Below, piece after piece: positions 9,860 to 20,138 of a stretch of DNA of 32,856 bases (positions within the stretch are counted from its first letter, which is position 1; the number at the start of each line of letters is the position of its first letter). A program made the position numbers and the translations under genes. A model generated the notes under the pieces. It searched no databases. It saw nothing but the letters and a program-made list of their open reading frames with translations, and was not told the DNA's origin. The stretch comes from a virus. Lineage: Duplodnaviria; Heunggongvirae; Uroviricota; Caudoviricetes. The stretch lies in the IMG/VR virus record IMGVR_UViG_2526164692_000012. One strand, written 5' to 3'.

Positions 9860-10091
9860 GTCAATATTTCCTAATCCGATTTGTTGATACCGAAGCCCTG
9901 ACTGTTCCCGCAGTTGGGGCTTCACTGTTTTGATTTCTTTGCCGCATCAAGCATCACTTCTGAAAACGTGCGCTTGCCACTGAATACTCTTTCTCTTCTC
10001 AATTTTTCGTTCGTGCCAAATGATTCGCCATGAACAAAATTTGGTCTCAAAATGGTAAGCGCAATCTCTTTGACTACTGCATCCAAGCAAA

Positions 10092-10232
10092 TCACACTGT
10101 TACCCCCTCCCTCTTCAGGCTGTCCAGCACCCGTTTAATTACTTCTGCGCTGAATGAGCGACACTCTTCCTTTGCTTTTTCTTCAAGAATTTTTTCTAGC
10201 TTCTCTGGCATACGCAGTGTTTTTACCTTCAT
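10092..10232 (-). CDS. arc: Arc-like ribbon-helix-helix repressor, 46 aa
   Basis: Hand-translated ORF MKVKTLRMPEKLEKILEEKAKEECRSFSAEVIKRVLDSLKREGVTV (below the 60-aa ORF-track cutoff); RHH pattern; located immediately upstream of ant and divergent from mnt. Confidence 0.6.
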   Translation of the reverse strand: MKVKTLRMPEKLEKILEEKAKEECRSFSAEVIKRVLDSLKREGVTV

Positions 10233-10337
10233 TGCATCCTCCGTTGTATGTGGTACGCATACATAGTATTTAGGTACGCATTGATAGTCAATAGATACCT
10301 ACATATCCTGTGGTAAAAAATTATTCAGGATGCGCCG
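10233..10337. promoter_or_regulatory. Divergent arc/ant and mnt promoter-operator region (putative)
   Basis: 105-bp AT-rich intergenic region between divergent arc and mnt; contains direct repeats GGTACGCAT (10252..10260, 10272..10280) and TGTGGTA (10249..10255, 10309..10315) that may be operator half-sites. Confidence 0.45.
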
Positions 10338-10589
10338 ATGTCTGATCGTAAGTACAAAAACCCTCAAGTGAATCTGAGGCTTCCTGTAGAGATAAAGGAA
10401 CGTCTTATTGAACTGGCTGAGGCTAATTCTCGTTCATTAAATGCTGAGATGGTAGCAGCACTTGAGGCATGGACTGAAAAAAATAAACATATTCAAGCAC
10501 TAGATCTTGCAACTATAGCATCGCGGTTGATAGAGCTTGAGCATGAGGTTGAGAAGTTAAAATGTATGCATGGCAACAGTGAAAAATGA
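10338..10589 (+). CDS. mnt: Mnt-like ribbon-helix-helix repressor, 83 aa
   Basis: N-terminus with RLPVEIKERLIELAEANSRSLNAEMVAAL resembles P22 Mnt (same length, RHH followed by coiled coil); divergent from arc-ant. Confidence 0.7.
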   Translation: MSDRKYKNPQVNLRLPVEIKERLIELAEANSRSLNAEMVAALEAWTEKNKHIQALDLATIASRLIELEHEVEKLKCMHGNSEK

Positions 10590-10900
10590 AACGTATCGCT
10601 ATTTTGTTAATATTGTTCTTCTCTACAATAGTTTTCGCCAAACCAAAATCAGATAATGGCGATCTTAAAGGCCTGCAAGAACTCATGATAACTTCGAAAT
10701 TTGCTGGCATGTGCGGCACAATCAAACAAATGGCAACATTTCAAGAATCAACAAAAATGCCTGGCGGAGATGAGTTCTTACAGCGTTTTCTGACCACAGA
10801 GCAAGCAAGACTAGGAATGAATCCACAGGAATTTCTTGAAGCATGCCAGAAGTCAATTTCAGCTTATACCAATTATTACAATCTAACTTCTGATAAATAA
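10586..10900 (+). CDS. Small secreted protein of unknown function, 104 aa, signal peptide
   Basis: Start overlaps the mnt stop (ATGA); N-terminus MKRIAILLILFFSTIVFA is a typical Sec signal peptide; AT-rich. Confidence 0.6.
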   Translation: MKRIAILLILFFSTIVFAKPKSDNGDLKGLQELMITSKFAGMCGTIKQMATFQESTKMPGGDEFLQRFLTTEQARLGMNPQEFLEACQKSISAYTNYYNLTSDK

Positions 10901-10925
10901 TAGAAAGGATTTTATAAATAACTTT

Positions 10926-11411
10926 ATGAAAAAATCACTATTAATTATCCCGCTTCTGCTGGCTGGATGCGCAAAAGTAAGTGACTACCAAGCAAGTTGC
11001 GAACAACGCTATCCAAAGCTTAGTGATATGGCTAATTGCCTTGATGCCAGCGTGAAGAACGACTCACGCATGGCATCAGCACCAACACCTAAGCTGTATG
11101 TCCTTGCTGCGAAGATGCTCGGGCAAGGTGTCGATCAAGGCAAGATAAGTGACGCACAGGCAAGACTTGAGCTACAGAATCTTTATGTTCAATTACAAAG
11201 CCAAGAACAAGCCCAACAAATAGCACAAAGCCAAGCATTCCAGCAGGCTTTATTGAATTATCAGGCTGTAAACACAATGCAAGCGATCGAGCAAAAAGCG
11301 CGCCAGCCTGTTATAACTCAACATTACCCAACACGCGTTGACACATATACAAACTGCAATTCAGGATTTGGAAACACGGTAACATGCAACAGTAGCAGTA
11401 ATATCAGGTAG
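10926..11411 (+). CDS. Lipoprotein of unknown function, 161 aa
   Basis: N-terminus MKKSLLIIPLLLAGC has a lipobox (LAGC); Gln-rich coiled-coil-like middle region; Cys-containing C-terminus. Confidence 0.6.
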   Translation: MKKSLLIIPLLLAGCAKVSDYQASCEQRYPKLSDMANCLDASVKNDSRMASAPTPKLYVLAAKMLGQGVDQGKISDAQARLELQNLYVQLQSQEQAQQIAQSQAFQQALLNYQAVNTMQAIEQKARQPVITQHYPTRVDTYTNCNSGFGNTVTCNSSSNIR

Positions 11412-11425
11412 TTATATCTTATCTT

Positions 11426-13273
11426 TTATTGCTGTTCTGCTGTAATTTGGCTTGAAAGTATAGGGCGTATCGCATTTGCAGCATTATTTAGCGCTCTTTC
11501 ATAAGCTGGCGTTCCAGTTTTAGTGTTTGCCAGGCGTAAGAGAGCATTCCTTGCTGCTTTGGACTCATACAAGCGCATCATTGCACCAAAACCAGCCTCA
11601 AGCCCCATTGATACGCCAAGGGTCGCAGTTGCGCCAATCGTCCTTATCCTGTTGGCTTGCGATTGCCCCGTCTGAGTTACTACATTTGCGGTGTCTGACC
11701 TTGCTGTTTGCTGTAGAACTTCATGAAGAGCATCAAGCTCTTTCATGTGCTTTCCAGAAAAAATAGTGTTGTAAATTTCACCGCCTGACTGAGATTTCAG
11801 CTTATTAACTTCAGTGATGAACTTGGCTGGAGAGTCCCCTGCCTTTTCCGCTATTTTGCTGACGTAAGCTGCACGCATAGCATCTTTCCCCTTATCATCC
11901 AGTGCGCTCCAGATTCGTTTCACGTCAGATGGTTTTCTGCTTAATACAACGGTATTTATAAGTTCAGGACTGGCTTCACTGCTTGCCTTGTTGAGCTTGT
12001 TGGCAATGTTTTTATTAAGCACCTTATTATAAACGTTTGCATAATCGGAATTTGCTTTAAGGTATTTTGCTGCGTCTGATGCACCGAGGTTTTTAGCAAC
12101 TGCGTTACGAAGGTCTTTTGACATTGCATTCTCTACCATATTGGTAGCTGCTTTTGCCTGGTTGGGGAAGACCATAGCATCTCCCTGAACATTAGATCTA
12201 AATGCTGTTCTGTGCTGACGCAAGAGATCAAACGTAACATCCAAATCAGTTGCAGGGTTTGCTAATTCTTCACGTAGGTTACGCAAGGATGTAAGCAGGC
12301 TTTGATTGGCAGACGTCCCAAGCCGTTCCTGTCTTGCGATCGCTGTATTCAGAGCATTCATGGTATTTGTGGTATCAACTGCGGCATTACCCATTTTATT
12401 GGTGACGTCATTGATAACAGCGCCAGCGGCATCCTTCCGCCCCCTTAACGTGGTGGTAAGAGATTTCACCACATCATCAGGGTTGTACTCACCAAAACGG
12501 TCAAAATAATTACTTACCAGCTTACTACGCGTTGCATATTGCTCCGCTCGCTTTGAGCCTGTCCCGAGCAAAGCCCCCTCGGCATCCTGAGTTAGGCCGC
12601 GAGTAAAAGCATTTTTCGGCCGGATAACATCAGATGTCATTGGTGTCACGCCCATCGATTCTGATGTGGCAATTTTCTTCGCCACTTCTGGCGCAATATC
12701 ACCTTTTATAGCCGTTATTCCACGCCCTATTCCCTTTGCTGCTGCGGAAAGAACACCCTGAGCGGCAAGGTTAACTCCGGCATTTTTAGCTGCATTTTGT
12801 GCGAAATCGCCTTTCTGATTTGCGGCCTCTGCCAGTGATCCAATAGCCATGCTTCCTGCCGTTCCAACTCCTGGAACTAAATACCCACCAATTGTTTCTC
12901 CAGCTTGCGCATAAGGGTCTGTCGGTCGATCGACAGGGCGATAAACATCATCCAAAACCTTGGGGCCACCAAGACCCTGACTGATTGCATTAATCAGACT
13001 TGCGCCACCCTGCAATACGTCAAATGGTATGTTTACCAGACCACGACCAGCCTGTTCTGCAATTTGCCCTGCACTTTGACCACCAGTGAGCCAATCGCCA
13101 GCTTGTTGCATCAATGATGGTTCTTCACGTGCTGGTTCATTATTGGCCTGATTAACTGTTTGTTGCTGAACAGCCTGACCAGCAAAATACTCATCAATGG
13201 CGGTGCCAATATCTTCCGTGCTCGTACCATCAGGGAAGGTAAATGTCTTACCGTTTGCAGTTACTTTCATCAT
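11426..13273 (-). CDS. Ejection (DNA-transfer) protein, P22 gp16-like, 615 aa
   Basis: N-terminus [30 protein letters not shown] resembles P22 gp16; position and length fit. Confidence 0.75.
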   Translation of the reverse strand: MMKVTANGKTFTFPDGTSTEDIGTAIDEYFAGQAVQQQTVNQANNEPAREEPSLMQQAGDWLTGGQSAGQIAEQAGRGLVNIPFDVLQGGASLINAISQGLGGPKVLDDVYRPVDRPTDPYAQAGETIGGYLVPGVGTAGSMAIGSLAEAANQKGDFAQNAAKNAGVNLAAQGVLSAAAKGIGRGITAIKGDIAPEVAKKIATSESMGVTPMTSDVIRPKNAFTRGLTQDAEGALLGTGSKRAEQYATRSKLVSNYFDRFGEYNPDDVVKSLTTTLRGRKDAAGAVINDVTNKMGNAAVDTTNTMNALNTAIARQERLGTSANQSLLTSLRNLREELANPATDLDVTFDLLRQHRTAFRSNVQGDAMVFPNQAKAATNMVENAMSKDLRNAVAKNLGASDAAKYLKANSDYANVYNKVLNKNIANKLNKASSEASPELINTVVLSRKPSDVKRIWSALDDKGKDAMRAAYVSKIAEKAGDSPAKFITEVNKLKSQSGGEIYNTIFSGKHMKELDALHEVLQQTARSDTANVVTQTGQSQANRIRTIGATATLGVSMGLEAGFGAMMRLYESKAARNALLRLANTKTGTPAYERALNNAANAIRPILSSQITAEQQ

Positions 13274-14736
13274 TCCACCGTAAATTGAATGCCTGATTTT
13301 GAGGTATATGATCCGGATTGACTCTGCTGCTGTTGGGTATTTGTCGGTTGTTGGCTATTGCTCTGTTGTTGACTATTTGCAGCACTTGAAACCACCAAAG
13401 CATCATAAACGCGACCAGACTGACCACGTAATGAGTTATATTGGCCCTGCATTTTTCGCATTTTTGTTTCAGTAGCAGCCTTGGAATCACCGGGCTGAGG
13501 CAGGTACATTTTGGAATACTCCTGCATCTCTGGCAGAGTAATTGCTGCACCTGTTTCTGGGCGCAAAATTGCATACAAGGCGTCTCTCGCATTTACCATA
13601 TATTGCTGCTCCGCTGGTGATAGGCTTAAATTTGCAATAGTCCCATCACCAAGAGAGCGATTTATTAATGCAACTCGCTTAGGGTCAATGCTTTTACTAA
13701 GCTGATTCATTGAGTCCATTGAATCTTTTAATCGCAAAGCAAATCCTGCCGCCTTCTTGGAACCCTCATTAGCCTTATCTATGATGCTTTGCGCTTGTGG
13801 CAAGCTAATTGGTTTAATGCCATCACCAGATATAGGTTGGTTTAGTTTTCCGGCTTCCTCGCTGCCATCGGTGTAATACTTAGTTACCGAGCCATCAGGA
13901 TTGGTTTCAACCTTAAGTAATTTCTTAGCATTGGGATTAATTCCCGCCGCTGCCGCAAATGCCGCTGCACCATCTGGATCCGCCTTTAACATTTGCGCGT
14001 ACTGATTGTAATTCTGCATTGCGGCTGTTGGTGCATATGCTGACGTTAACGCATTTGCTCGGCTAATATCCTGCCCTCTCGCCTGAAGTGCTTCACCAGC
14101 CTGATTGCTGCGGATTGTCTCTGCCAGCCTGCCTCGGTCAATATCACGACCAGCCATCTTGTCCTGAACATTGAAGTAATCAATCGGACCAAGAGCAGCC
14201 ATTCCAAGGTGATCAACAAACTCACCAAATCCTGAAGGATTCTGCTGATACATCTGAGCAACGCTGTTAGGGTCAACACCGACGCGAGTCAGTTCCTTGG
14301 CGTTGTTTTGCAGCCATGATTGCATTGCTTCTGGAGACGATGACGCAAGGCGTGCGCCAGCCGCTAAGGTGCCGATAGAATTGCGCTGCTCTTCATCAAT
14401 GAATCCCATGCCTTTACGAACGGATTCAATCTGGTCTGGATATTGAGTAGCCAACTGACGCAAAGCACCGCGATCACCAGACGCATAAGCATTAGCGTAT
14501 GCCTGCTGAAATTCTTTCTGCCGCTGAGCCTGCTTTTCCTGCTGAACCCCCCCCGCAATACCTGAAAGGCCTTGCAAAGCAGTCAGCCCAACATTGTTAG
14601 CGCCTGAACGCTCAATATCATTGTTCTGCCTGATAAGCTGAAGCGTATTGCCGATGTCATTTACGCTCGGAGCGTTTGAGTTGACGCCGCCGATACCAGC
14701 CAACAATCCGCCATTTGATCCTTGCCAAGTAGCCAT
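13270..14736 (-). CDS. Ejection protein, P22 gp20-like, 488 aa
   Basis: Position between the gp7-like and gp16-like genes; 4-nt stop/start overlap with the downstream gene; Gln/Ala-rich like gp20. Confidence 0.65.
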   Translation of the reverse strand: MATWQGSNGGLLAGIGGVNSNAPSVNDIGNTLQLIRQNNDIERSGANNVGLTALQGLSGIAGGVQQEKQAQRQKEFQQAYANAYASGDRGALRQLATQYPDQIESVRKGMGFIDEEQRNSIGTLAAGARLASSSPEAMQSWLQNNAKELTRVGVDPNSVAQMYQQNPSGFGEFVDHLGMAALGPIDYFNVQDKMAGRDIDRGRLAETIRSNQAGEALQARGQDISRANALTSAYAPTAAMQNYNQYAQMLKADPDGAAAFAAAAGINPNAKKLLKVETNPDGSVTKYYTDGSEEAGKLNQPISGDGIKPISLPQAQSIIDKANEGSKKAAGFALRLKDSMDSMNQLSKSIDPKRVALINRSLGDGTIANLSLSPAEQQYMVNARDALYAILRPETGAAITLPEMQEYSKMYLPQPGDSKAATETKMRKMQGQYNSLRGQSGRVYDALVVSSAANSQQQSNSQQPTNTQQQQSQSGSYTSKSGIQFTVE

Positions 14737-14745
14737 GATTACCCC

Positions 14746-15438
14746 TTAAAACAACGAACCAAGCAATCCGATACCAGCACCAATGCCAGCGCCCCAAGGT
14801 GTTGATGTTCCCAAAAGGCTGGCAAGACCTGCACCGGCAATCGCACCAGACGTTCCGCCACTAATTGCTGTCTGAAGACTTGATGGTTTGTTGGCATTAG
14901 CAGCGGCAAGAGCTGCGCTTTGCTGTGCAATGCTGCTCATGTTGTTGGCGTACGTCTGCCCGGCGTTTGCCTGACCTTGCAGAGCACCAAGCCCAACGTT
15001 TGCCAGATTGTTGTAATTGCTCATCTGATTTGATAACCAAGACTGACCGAGTGTCGGCGCGATCGTAGCCAGTTGATTGCTTGTGGCTGTCGAACCAAGT
15101 CCACCCGTCGCCTCCGCAGCAGCAAGACTCTGGTAACGCGCCTGACCTGCAAGGTCTTTATACTGCTGAGAGTTGTAATACTGATTAAGTGCCTGCCCCT
15201 GACCTTCTAAACTGGAAAGATTCTGAAGCTGGTTAACATACTGCTCCGCAAGCGGCGTGAACGGAGCAAGGTTTTTCATGATCGTCTGCCACTGCTGATT
15301 TTGCAGGTCTGCGGCATACTTCTGAGCTTCTGCTGCATACTTTGCGCTTTTATCAGAGCTGCCACCTTTCCCGCCTTTTTCAGGGCAATAAGGTTCCTCG
15401 CCGCGCAGTTTTCTGCCCAGCTTAAATGCATATAACAT
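14746..15438 (-). CDS. Ejection protein, P22 gp7-like, 230 aa
   Basis: Position and length; Gly/Ala-rich C-terminus. Confidence 0.6.
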   Translation of the reverse strand: MLYAFKLGRKLRGEEPYCPEKGGKGGSSDKSAKYAAEAQKYAADLQNQQWQTIMKNLAPFTPLAEQYVNQLQNLSSLEGQGQALNQYYNSQQYKDLAGQARYQSLAAAEATGGLGSTATSNQLATIAPTLGQSWLSNQMSNYNNLANVGLGALQGQANAGQTYANNMSSIAQQSAALAAANANKPSSLQTAISGGTSGAIAGAGLASLLGTSTPWGAGIGAGIGLLGSLF

Positions 15439-15440
15439 AG

Positions 15441-15896
15441 CTATCTCCCGTGATTCAGGAAGTCGATTAGTTCTTCGCGTGTGGCGCTGTAAAACGTCAC
15501 GTCATCCACGCCTTTGAAGTATTTCTTGATGGTTCCTACACGCTTAAGGCCAATCATTGCGCAGTACATCTGACCGTGGCGGAATTTGCGCGCAGCGAAC
15601 GATGTGACGCACTGAACGGTGGTGTTAGTCAGAATGTATCGCCAGAACGCCAGCCCGATTTCCTTGCTGAAGCCGCGAATCTCTGACAGGTACATGGCGT
15701 GGCAATCGAATGTCAGCGGCTGAATCTCCTGATAGTAAACAATGCCGCCAAACTGACCGTGCACGTTAACCTCAAAGTAACGGCATTCAGGCTTGTAATC
15801 GTATCCATCACCATTGTTGCTTCCGGCAATAATGTCAGGGTGATTTCCGACTGCTTCGATCAGGTCGATGTTTCGCGTTGGTTTGAACTGAATCAT
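15441..15896 (-). CDS. Head-assembly/ejection-associated protein, P22 gp14-like, 151 aa
   Basis: Position between the tail-needle and gp7-like genes; length. Confidence 0.55.
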   Translation of the reverse strand: MIQFKPTRNIDLIEAVGNHPDIIAGSNNGDGYDYKPECRYFEVNVHGQFGGIVYYQEIQPLTFDCHAMYLSEIRGFSKEIGLAFWRYILTNTTVQCVTSFAARKFRHGQMYCAMIGLKRVGTIKKYFKGVDDVTFYSATREELIDFLNHGR

Positions 15897-16744
15897 TACT
15901 GCTCCGCGATTATCTTGATGGTTGTGGCAGTAAACGCCGCACCATTTGACTGAATGGTTAACGTGCTGCCATTTGTGGCAAGAAAGCCGTCTTTATCCAC
16001 GCTGAAGAACGTAGCTAACAAGATGTTGTCGGTTGTTGTCACCGCATTACGACTGCTAACCAACGTGTCAGGAACAGAACCGGAAAATGTTAGCTGCATT
16101 GACCTGTTGGCGGTTCCGCTGGGCCACGTCCCGACAATCGACAGCTTGAAGAACAGGGTTTTGTTCTCGTTGAACACAACCATCTTGTTGTTAACAGTGT
16201 CGAAGAATGGTGCCAACGTGCCGGATGACGGCGTGAGCGTTTTCAGCAGGCTAACAAGGTTGGTCGGCGCTGTCGGGATGGTTACTGATACGCCAGAGTA
16301 AACAACCTCTGACTTCTTGCGAGTAGTGGCATACTCCAGAGCATCGATGCGCGATTCATGGTCTGAAACCTGCGACTCCAGCGACTGAACTCTGGTATCA
16401 AGCGACGCAATATCGCTTTCATTCTGAGCGATTCGCGTTTCATGTTCCTGAAGAGTTGATTCTGCCTGGCTGATTCTCTCCTCATGATTAACAAGCGTTG
16501 CTTCCGCAGCAGAAATTCGCTGCTCATGGTCAGCGAGAATCACATCCTGCTCATCGTTCCTGACTTGTGCGTCATAAGCGCCCTGTCCGGCCTCGTTGGC
16601 CTTGTTAGCCACGTTACCAACATCAGTACCCTGTGCGATAACGTACAGCAGATATGACTGCGAAAAGATATTGCGTGGAAGGACTGATGTGTCGAGCCGT
16701 GTAGCCTGAATGATTACCGGCACATTGAGATTCGAATCCGCCAT
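15896..16744 (-). CDS. Tail needle protein (P22 gp26 / Sf6 gp9-like) with C-terminal domain, 282 aa
   Basis: N-terminus [43 protein letters not shown]...NDEQDV matches the P22 gp26 N-terminus as recalled; followed by heptad-like HE-RI repeats and a C-terminal domain absent from the 233-aa P22 protein. Confidence 0.8.
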   Translation of the reverse strand: MADSNLNVPVIIQATRLDTSVLPRNIFSQSYLLYVIAQGTDVGNVANKANEAGQGAYDAQVRNDEQDVILADHEQRISAAEATLVNHEERISQAESTLQEHETRIAQNESDIASLDTRVQSLESQVSDHESRIDALEYATTRKKSEVVYSGVSVTIPTAPTNLVSLLKTLTPSSGTLAPFFDTVNNKMVVFNENKTLFFKLSIVGTWPSGTANRSMQLTFSGSVPDTLVSSRNAVTTTDNILLATFFSVDKDGFLATNGSTLTIQSNGAAFTATTIKIIAEQ

Positions 16745-18162
16745 TACTCAATCCTTATCTGGCAGCCAGACAGAGTGACAGGTGACTTCGTGATAACGCG
16801 CAATTTGAATCCGACATTTTTCCTTATTCGCCCGACACGCTTCCACAAAACGCGTTTGTCGTAAACGAACGGTTCATTCTGCTCAATTATCTGCTCACGC
16901 CCGTAATTGATGCCGTCAGTGGTTGCAGAGAGAAAAAGGCGGTCAGCATACTGCGCAACTCCAGTTGAAGATTCAACTTCAAGGTCGAAAACTCTGGCGT
17001 TATCTGCTTTGAACAACGGAGTAAACAGCAGGTGTTCCTGTTGAAGCCCATACTGGCTGCTGATATCGAACTGCAATTTGCCGGTAACCGATTCCAGCTT
17101 ATCGCCGCACGTTATCTGATTGCCTTCGTAAATGAAGTCGATAGCGCGGTACACATCGTCATACAAGCCAGTTTTCAACACACACCATTGCGGACCATTG
17201 GCGCTTGAAGATGCGTCGTACACGAGAACATGGCGCGGAAGGTGGATAATCAGCAACTCATGAGCATCAAATCTCAGCGATTCCATCACACCATCAGCCA
17301 GTTCATCAGCAGTGTAGGAGCGGAGGATTTTCTCAATGCTCGCGCTGGCGATTGGTGAAACCTGACCGGATCCGATGATGTATACAGACGGAGCACCTGT
17401 TGCCGGATTGCTGATGAACGCATAAGAATCAGCGAATGGCGTTTTGCAGTAAGTCCCGGCGATGCCTTTTTGCACCATCAGTGATGGCTGTGCGACATAC
17501 AAAGCGGCACCAACGGTGGTTGCGCCAGTCAGGGAAAAATACTCAATCGTCGATGAACCAAAGCAGACGATGAAGTCTCGCCATGTTCCGATTCCGATGA
17601 TGCCGTCAGGCTGCGACTCGGCACGATATTGTGCGCTGTAGCGGTCAGGATGCGATTCGTCTTCAAGGTCAGTGATAAACCATGAATCAGTGCCGTCTTT
17701 TGACCACGCATAACGCCCGCGTAAGCGCGTAATGTCACGAACAGAACCTAACTCATACTGCGTAAACCCGCTGTCTGCAGGCCAGTTTGAGACGGTTTTA
17801 ACCGTGCCATCATAGCGATACTCGACCAGTTGACCATTAACGCCTACAGCCTGAGATGTCCGACCATGTGCCATTGATACGCGACCACTTCCAGCGACGT
17901 CACCGACTTCGCTTTCGCCTTTGTAGAGCTTCCCACCACACACGCGATAAACAGCATTCTGCGCCATGTTGTACTCGACACCGCGCGATACACCATTCAC
18001 ATCAGAACGTTTGGCAATGCCAGGGAATGAGCGAAGATATCCGCTGCTGTTGAGTATTTCTTTGGGTGTAGCCAACATATTCACTGGCAGATAGTCGATA
18101 TAGTCGGCGTTTCGAAAGTCTTTGCCGACACCTTTCATAAGCGGAAGTTGCTGAATCGGCAT
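16744..18162 (-). CDS. Tail hub/accessory protein, P22 gp10-like, 472 aa
   Basis: Position and exact length match to P22 gp10 (472 aa). Confidence 0.65.
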   Translation of the reverse strand: MPIQQLPLMKGVGKDFRNADYIDYLPVNMLATPKEILNSSGYLRSFPGIAKRSDVNGVSRGVEYNMAQNAVYRVCGGKLYKGESEVGDVAGSGRVSMAHGRTSQAVGVNGQLVEYRYDGTVKTVSNWPADSGFTQYELGSVRDITRLRGRYAWSKDGTDSWFITDLEDESHPDRYSAQYRAESQPDGIIGIGTWRDFIVCFGSSTIEYFSLTGATTVGAALYVAQPSLMVQKGIAGTYCKTPFADSYAFISNPATGAPSVYIIGSGQVSPIASASIEKILRSYTADELADGVMESLRFDAHELLIIHLPRHVLVYDASSSANGPQWCVLKTGLYDDVYRAIDFIYEGNQITCGDKLESVTGKLQFDISSQYGLQQEHLLFTPLFKADNARVFDLEVESSTGVAQYADRLFLSATTDGINYGREQIIEQNEPFVYDKRVLWKRVGRIRKNVGFKLRVITKSPVTLSGCQIRIE

Positions 18163-18170
18163 TTATTCAC

Positions 18171-18653
18171 CTATGCGTTTGGGATATCGCCATCAATCAG
18201 AGGGAGATCGCCTGGATAATATCGGTCAGATGTAAACACGTCATATTTATTACCCTGTCCTACAGGAAAATCTCCACGTCGTCGCATTGAAGGAACAACC
18301 AGAGTGTCGGTCATCAAGGCATCATATGAGCGTTTGGCGTTACTGAGAACTTGCGGAGTTGGTTCAAGGCTGTAATCAGATAGCATTCTCAGCAATAACT
18401 GATAGCCTACTGCGTGTTTGTATTTTCTTGGAAGACCTGACTCATCATCTGGTAATGGCTGCTCATCTCCAGTTGCGAAAGCGTAACCAATGTCGCCGGG
18501 GTTAATCATCCACTCGGACATCATATCTTCCAGATCATTTACACCATCTTCAATTGATTGCGGCTCAACATCAGTCAGCGATGCATTAGAAGCAATAGCA
18601 AACTTACGAAGCGCAAAAAGGACGATCTCACCCTTTGTCAGTACTGTTGCCAT
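18171..18653 (-). CDS. Tail adaptor/head-completion protein, P22 gp4-like, 160 aa
   Basis: Position downstream of the coat gene and length. Confidence 0.6.
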   Translation of the reverse strand: MATVLTKGEIVLFALRKFAIASNASLTDVEPQSIEDGVNDLEDMMSEWMINPGDIGYAFATGDEQPLPDDESGLPRKYKHAVGYQLLLRMLSDYSLEPTPQVLSNAKRSYDALMTDTLVVPSMRRRGDFPVGQGNKYDVFTSDRYYPGDLPLIDGDIPNA

Positions 18654-18813
18654 TGTCTGCCGCCTTACGACCTCGCTTACTGGTCGGTTTCAATTCATCA
18701 ACTGAGGCAACAAAGCCCAACTTTTCGAAAAACTGGAAGTCTTTTTCTGCGATAACGGCCTGTACATGTCCGGATTCGTTATCTGCGGCAAGGAATACAC
18801 TCATGCGATCCAT
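18628..18813 (-). CDS. Small hypothetical protein, 61 aa
   Basis: ORF between the coat terminator and the gp4-like gene; no recognised family. Confidence 0.35.
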   Translation of the reverse strand: MDRMSVFLAADNESGHVQAVIAEKDFQFFEKLGFVASVDELKPTSKRGRKAADNGNSTDKG

Positions 18814-18828
18814 ATTGTTTCCTTAAAA

Positions 18829-18849
18829 CATAAAAGGGGCGGAAGCCCC
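18829..18849 (-). terminator. Intrinsic terminator/attenuator after the coat gene (minus strand)
   Basis: Minus strand: GGGGC-TTCC-GCCCC hairpin followed by UUUUAUG; immediately 3' of the coat stop. Confidence 0.6.
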
Positions 18850-18855
18850 TTGTTA

Positions 18856-20127
18856 TTACGGATTACCGAAGAACTGACCGCCCATGTGAGGGTTAAAGCA
18901 CACATATGCAGGCAGTAAGTCAAAGCGCATTTTTTGCACGTTGGCATCGCCATCTGCGTATTTATGTACGCGGATGGAGAAACCTTCATATGTTGCAACA
19001 GCAGAATCAATACTGTGCAGTTTCGGCAGTGGGATAGAGCCAAGTCCACAGAAGAACTTGTTATAGAACAGGTTTGGCTTCATTGTCTGGCTAGCAGTGC
19101 CTACTACAGATACGGCATCGCCTGCCGCTACCTGACGACTTACAGAGTTGTACTGCGGGTTTGTAGTGTCATAAATCGGAACACCAGAAAGCGTAACCGT
19201 CACATCGCCACTGCTGTCTGAATTAGCATCAGCAGTAACCGTTGCAGTGAAGCTAATTGGTGTGGCTCCGTTATACAACGCCTGTTTGGTCTGCTGTTGC
19301 AGCCAGTAGGTATTGGTGAATTTAACCTGATCACCAGCTTTCAGAAAACCTGTAACGCTGGCTGTCGCTCCGGTCAATGTTACAGTGAACTGGTATGAGT
19401 CTTTAACTGCGTTATAGGTAACAGTTGGCTGTGTTTTGACTGTCAGTGTTCCGCCAAATGCCCCCTGCGTACGAGAGGCAAGCCCATTAGACATCAGTGC
19501 GCGAATGCCGCCAAAATTGGTTGGAATCTGCGCATTCTCCCATGCAGTACGAACCAATTGATCTGAAGCGTGCAAACCAGTCTGCGCATCAGCAAGTCGC
19601 TGTGCAGACCATGGATCCATTACAGCATAGTTTTCACCTTCATTAACGCCGAGGTCTTTCAGGAAAGATGCCGTCTGCGCAACATCAGACCATTTGGTGA
19701 TTGGAGTATTGGGGCTACCAAGTGACAACGCACCGTTATTCATCATGAAGTGAGCAAGCTCTGTTTCAAGGTCGGTAACGATTCGCTGGCGAACCGGCGC
19801 GAGAATTTCTTCCAGTTGGTTAAGCTTGATCGCTTCCTCCAGTTGCTGATATTCAACAGCAACAGTGATGTAGTTACCTACACGCCCCGTAGCTTTACCT
19901 GAGTTCAGGTTGTTTTTATTTTGCCCTGAAATATCACCAGTGGGAGTACGGAGGGATGAGAATTGATGCGGACGTTTAAAGCTAACGCTATCGCCAGTGC
20001 TGGAGTTGATTTCACCTGCCAGCAACTGACGGTCTACGGTTTTCGCCAGAACTAAATCTGACATAAAACCAGGAAGGAATTTTTTCAGAACGATTTGACT
20101 GACGTTACTGTCGAGATTGTTAGGCAT
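18856..20127 (-). CDS. Major capsid (coat) protein, 423 aa (Sf6-type)
   Basis: Position after the scaffold gene, length, and following terminator; sequence is unlike P22 gp5 as recalled, consistent with the Sf6 coat lineage. Confidence 0.65.
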   Translation of the reverse strand: MPNNLDSNVSQIVLKKFLPGFMSDLVLAKTVDRQLLAGEINSSTGDSVSFKRPHQFSSLRTPTGDISGQNKNNLNSGKATGRVGNYITVAVEYQQLEEAIKLNQLEEILAPVRQRIVTDLETELAHFMMNNGALSLGSPNTPITKWSDVAQTASFLKDLGVNEGENYAVMDPWSAQRLADAQTGLHASDQLVRTAWENAQIPTNFGGIRALMSNGLASRTQGAFGGTLTVKTQPTVTYNAVKDSYQFTVTLTGATASVTGFLKAGDQVKFTNTYWLQQQTKQALYNGATPISFTATVTADANSDSSGDVTVTLSGVPIYDTTNPQYNSVSRQVAAGDAVSVVGTASQTMKPNLFYNKFFCGLGSIPLPKLHSIDSAVATYEGFSIRVHKYADGDANVQKMRFDLLPAYVCFNPHMGGQFFGNP

Positions 20128-20138
20128 TTATCTTTTCC

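Noticed and set aside
8981-9925. Longer ant ORF starting at GTG 9925 (314 aa)
   Set aside because: No RBS before 9925, and the extension would contain the intercistronic hairpin; the Met at 9859 has an AGGA RBS and is followed directly by the BRO-N domain. Not fully excluded.
10030-10266. 78-aa plus-strand ORF in the arc region
   Set aside because: Antisense to the hand-annotated 46-aa Arc-like gene, which has the RHH motif and correct operon position; the plus-strand ORF has no RBS.
13248-13592. 114-aa minus-strand ORF spanning the gp20/gp16 junction
   Set aside because: Lies in an alternative frame entirely inside the gp20-like and gp16-like genes; Cys/Gln-rich composition looks like translated out-of-frame sequence.
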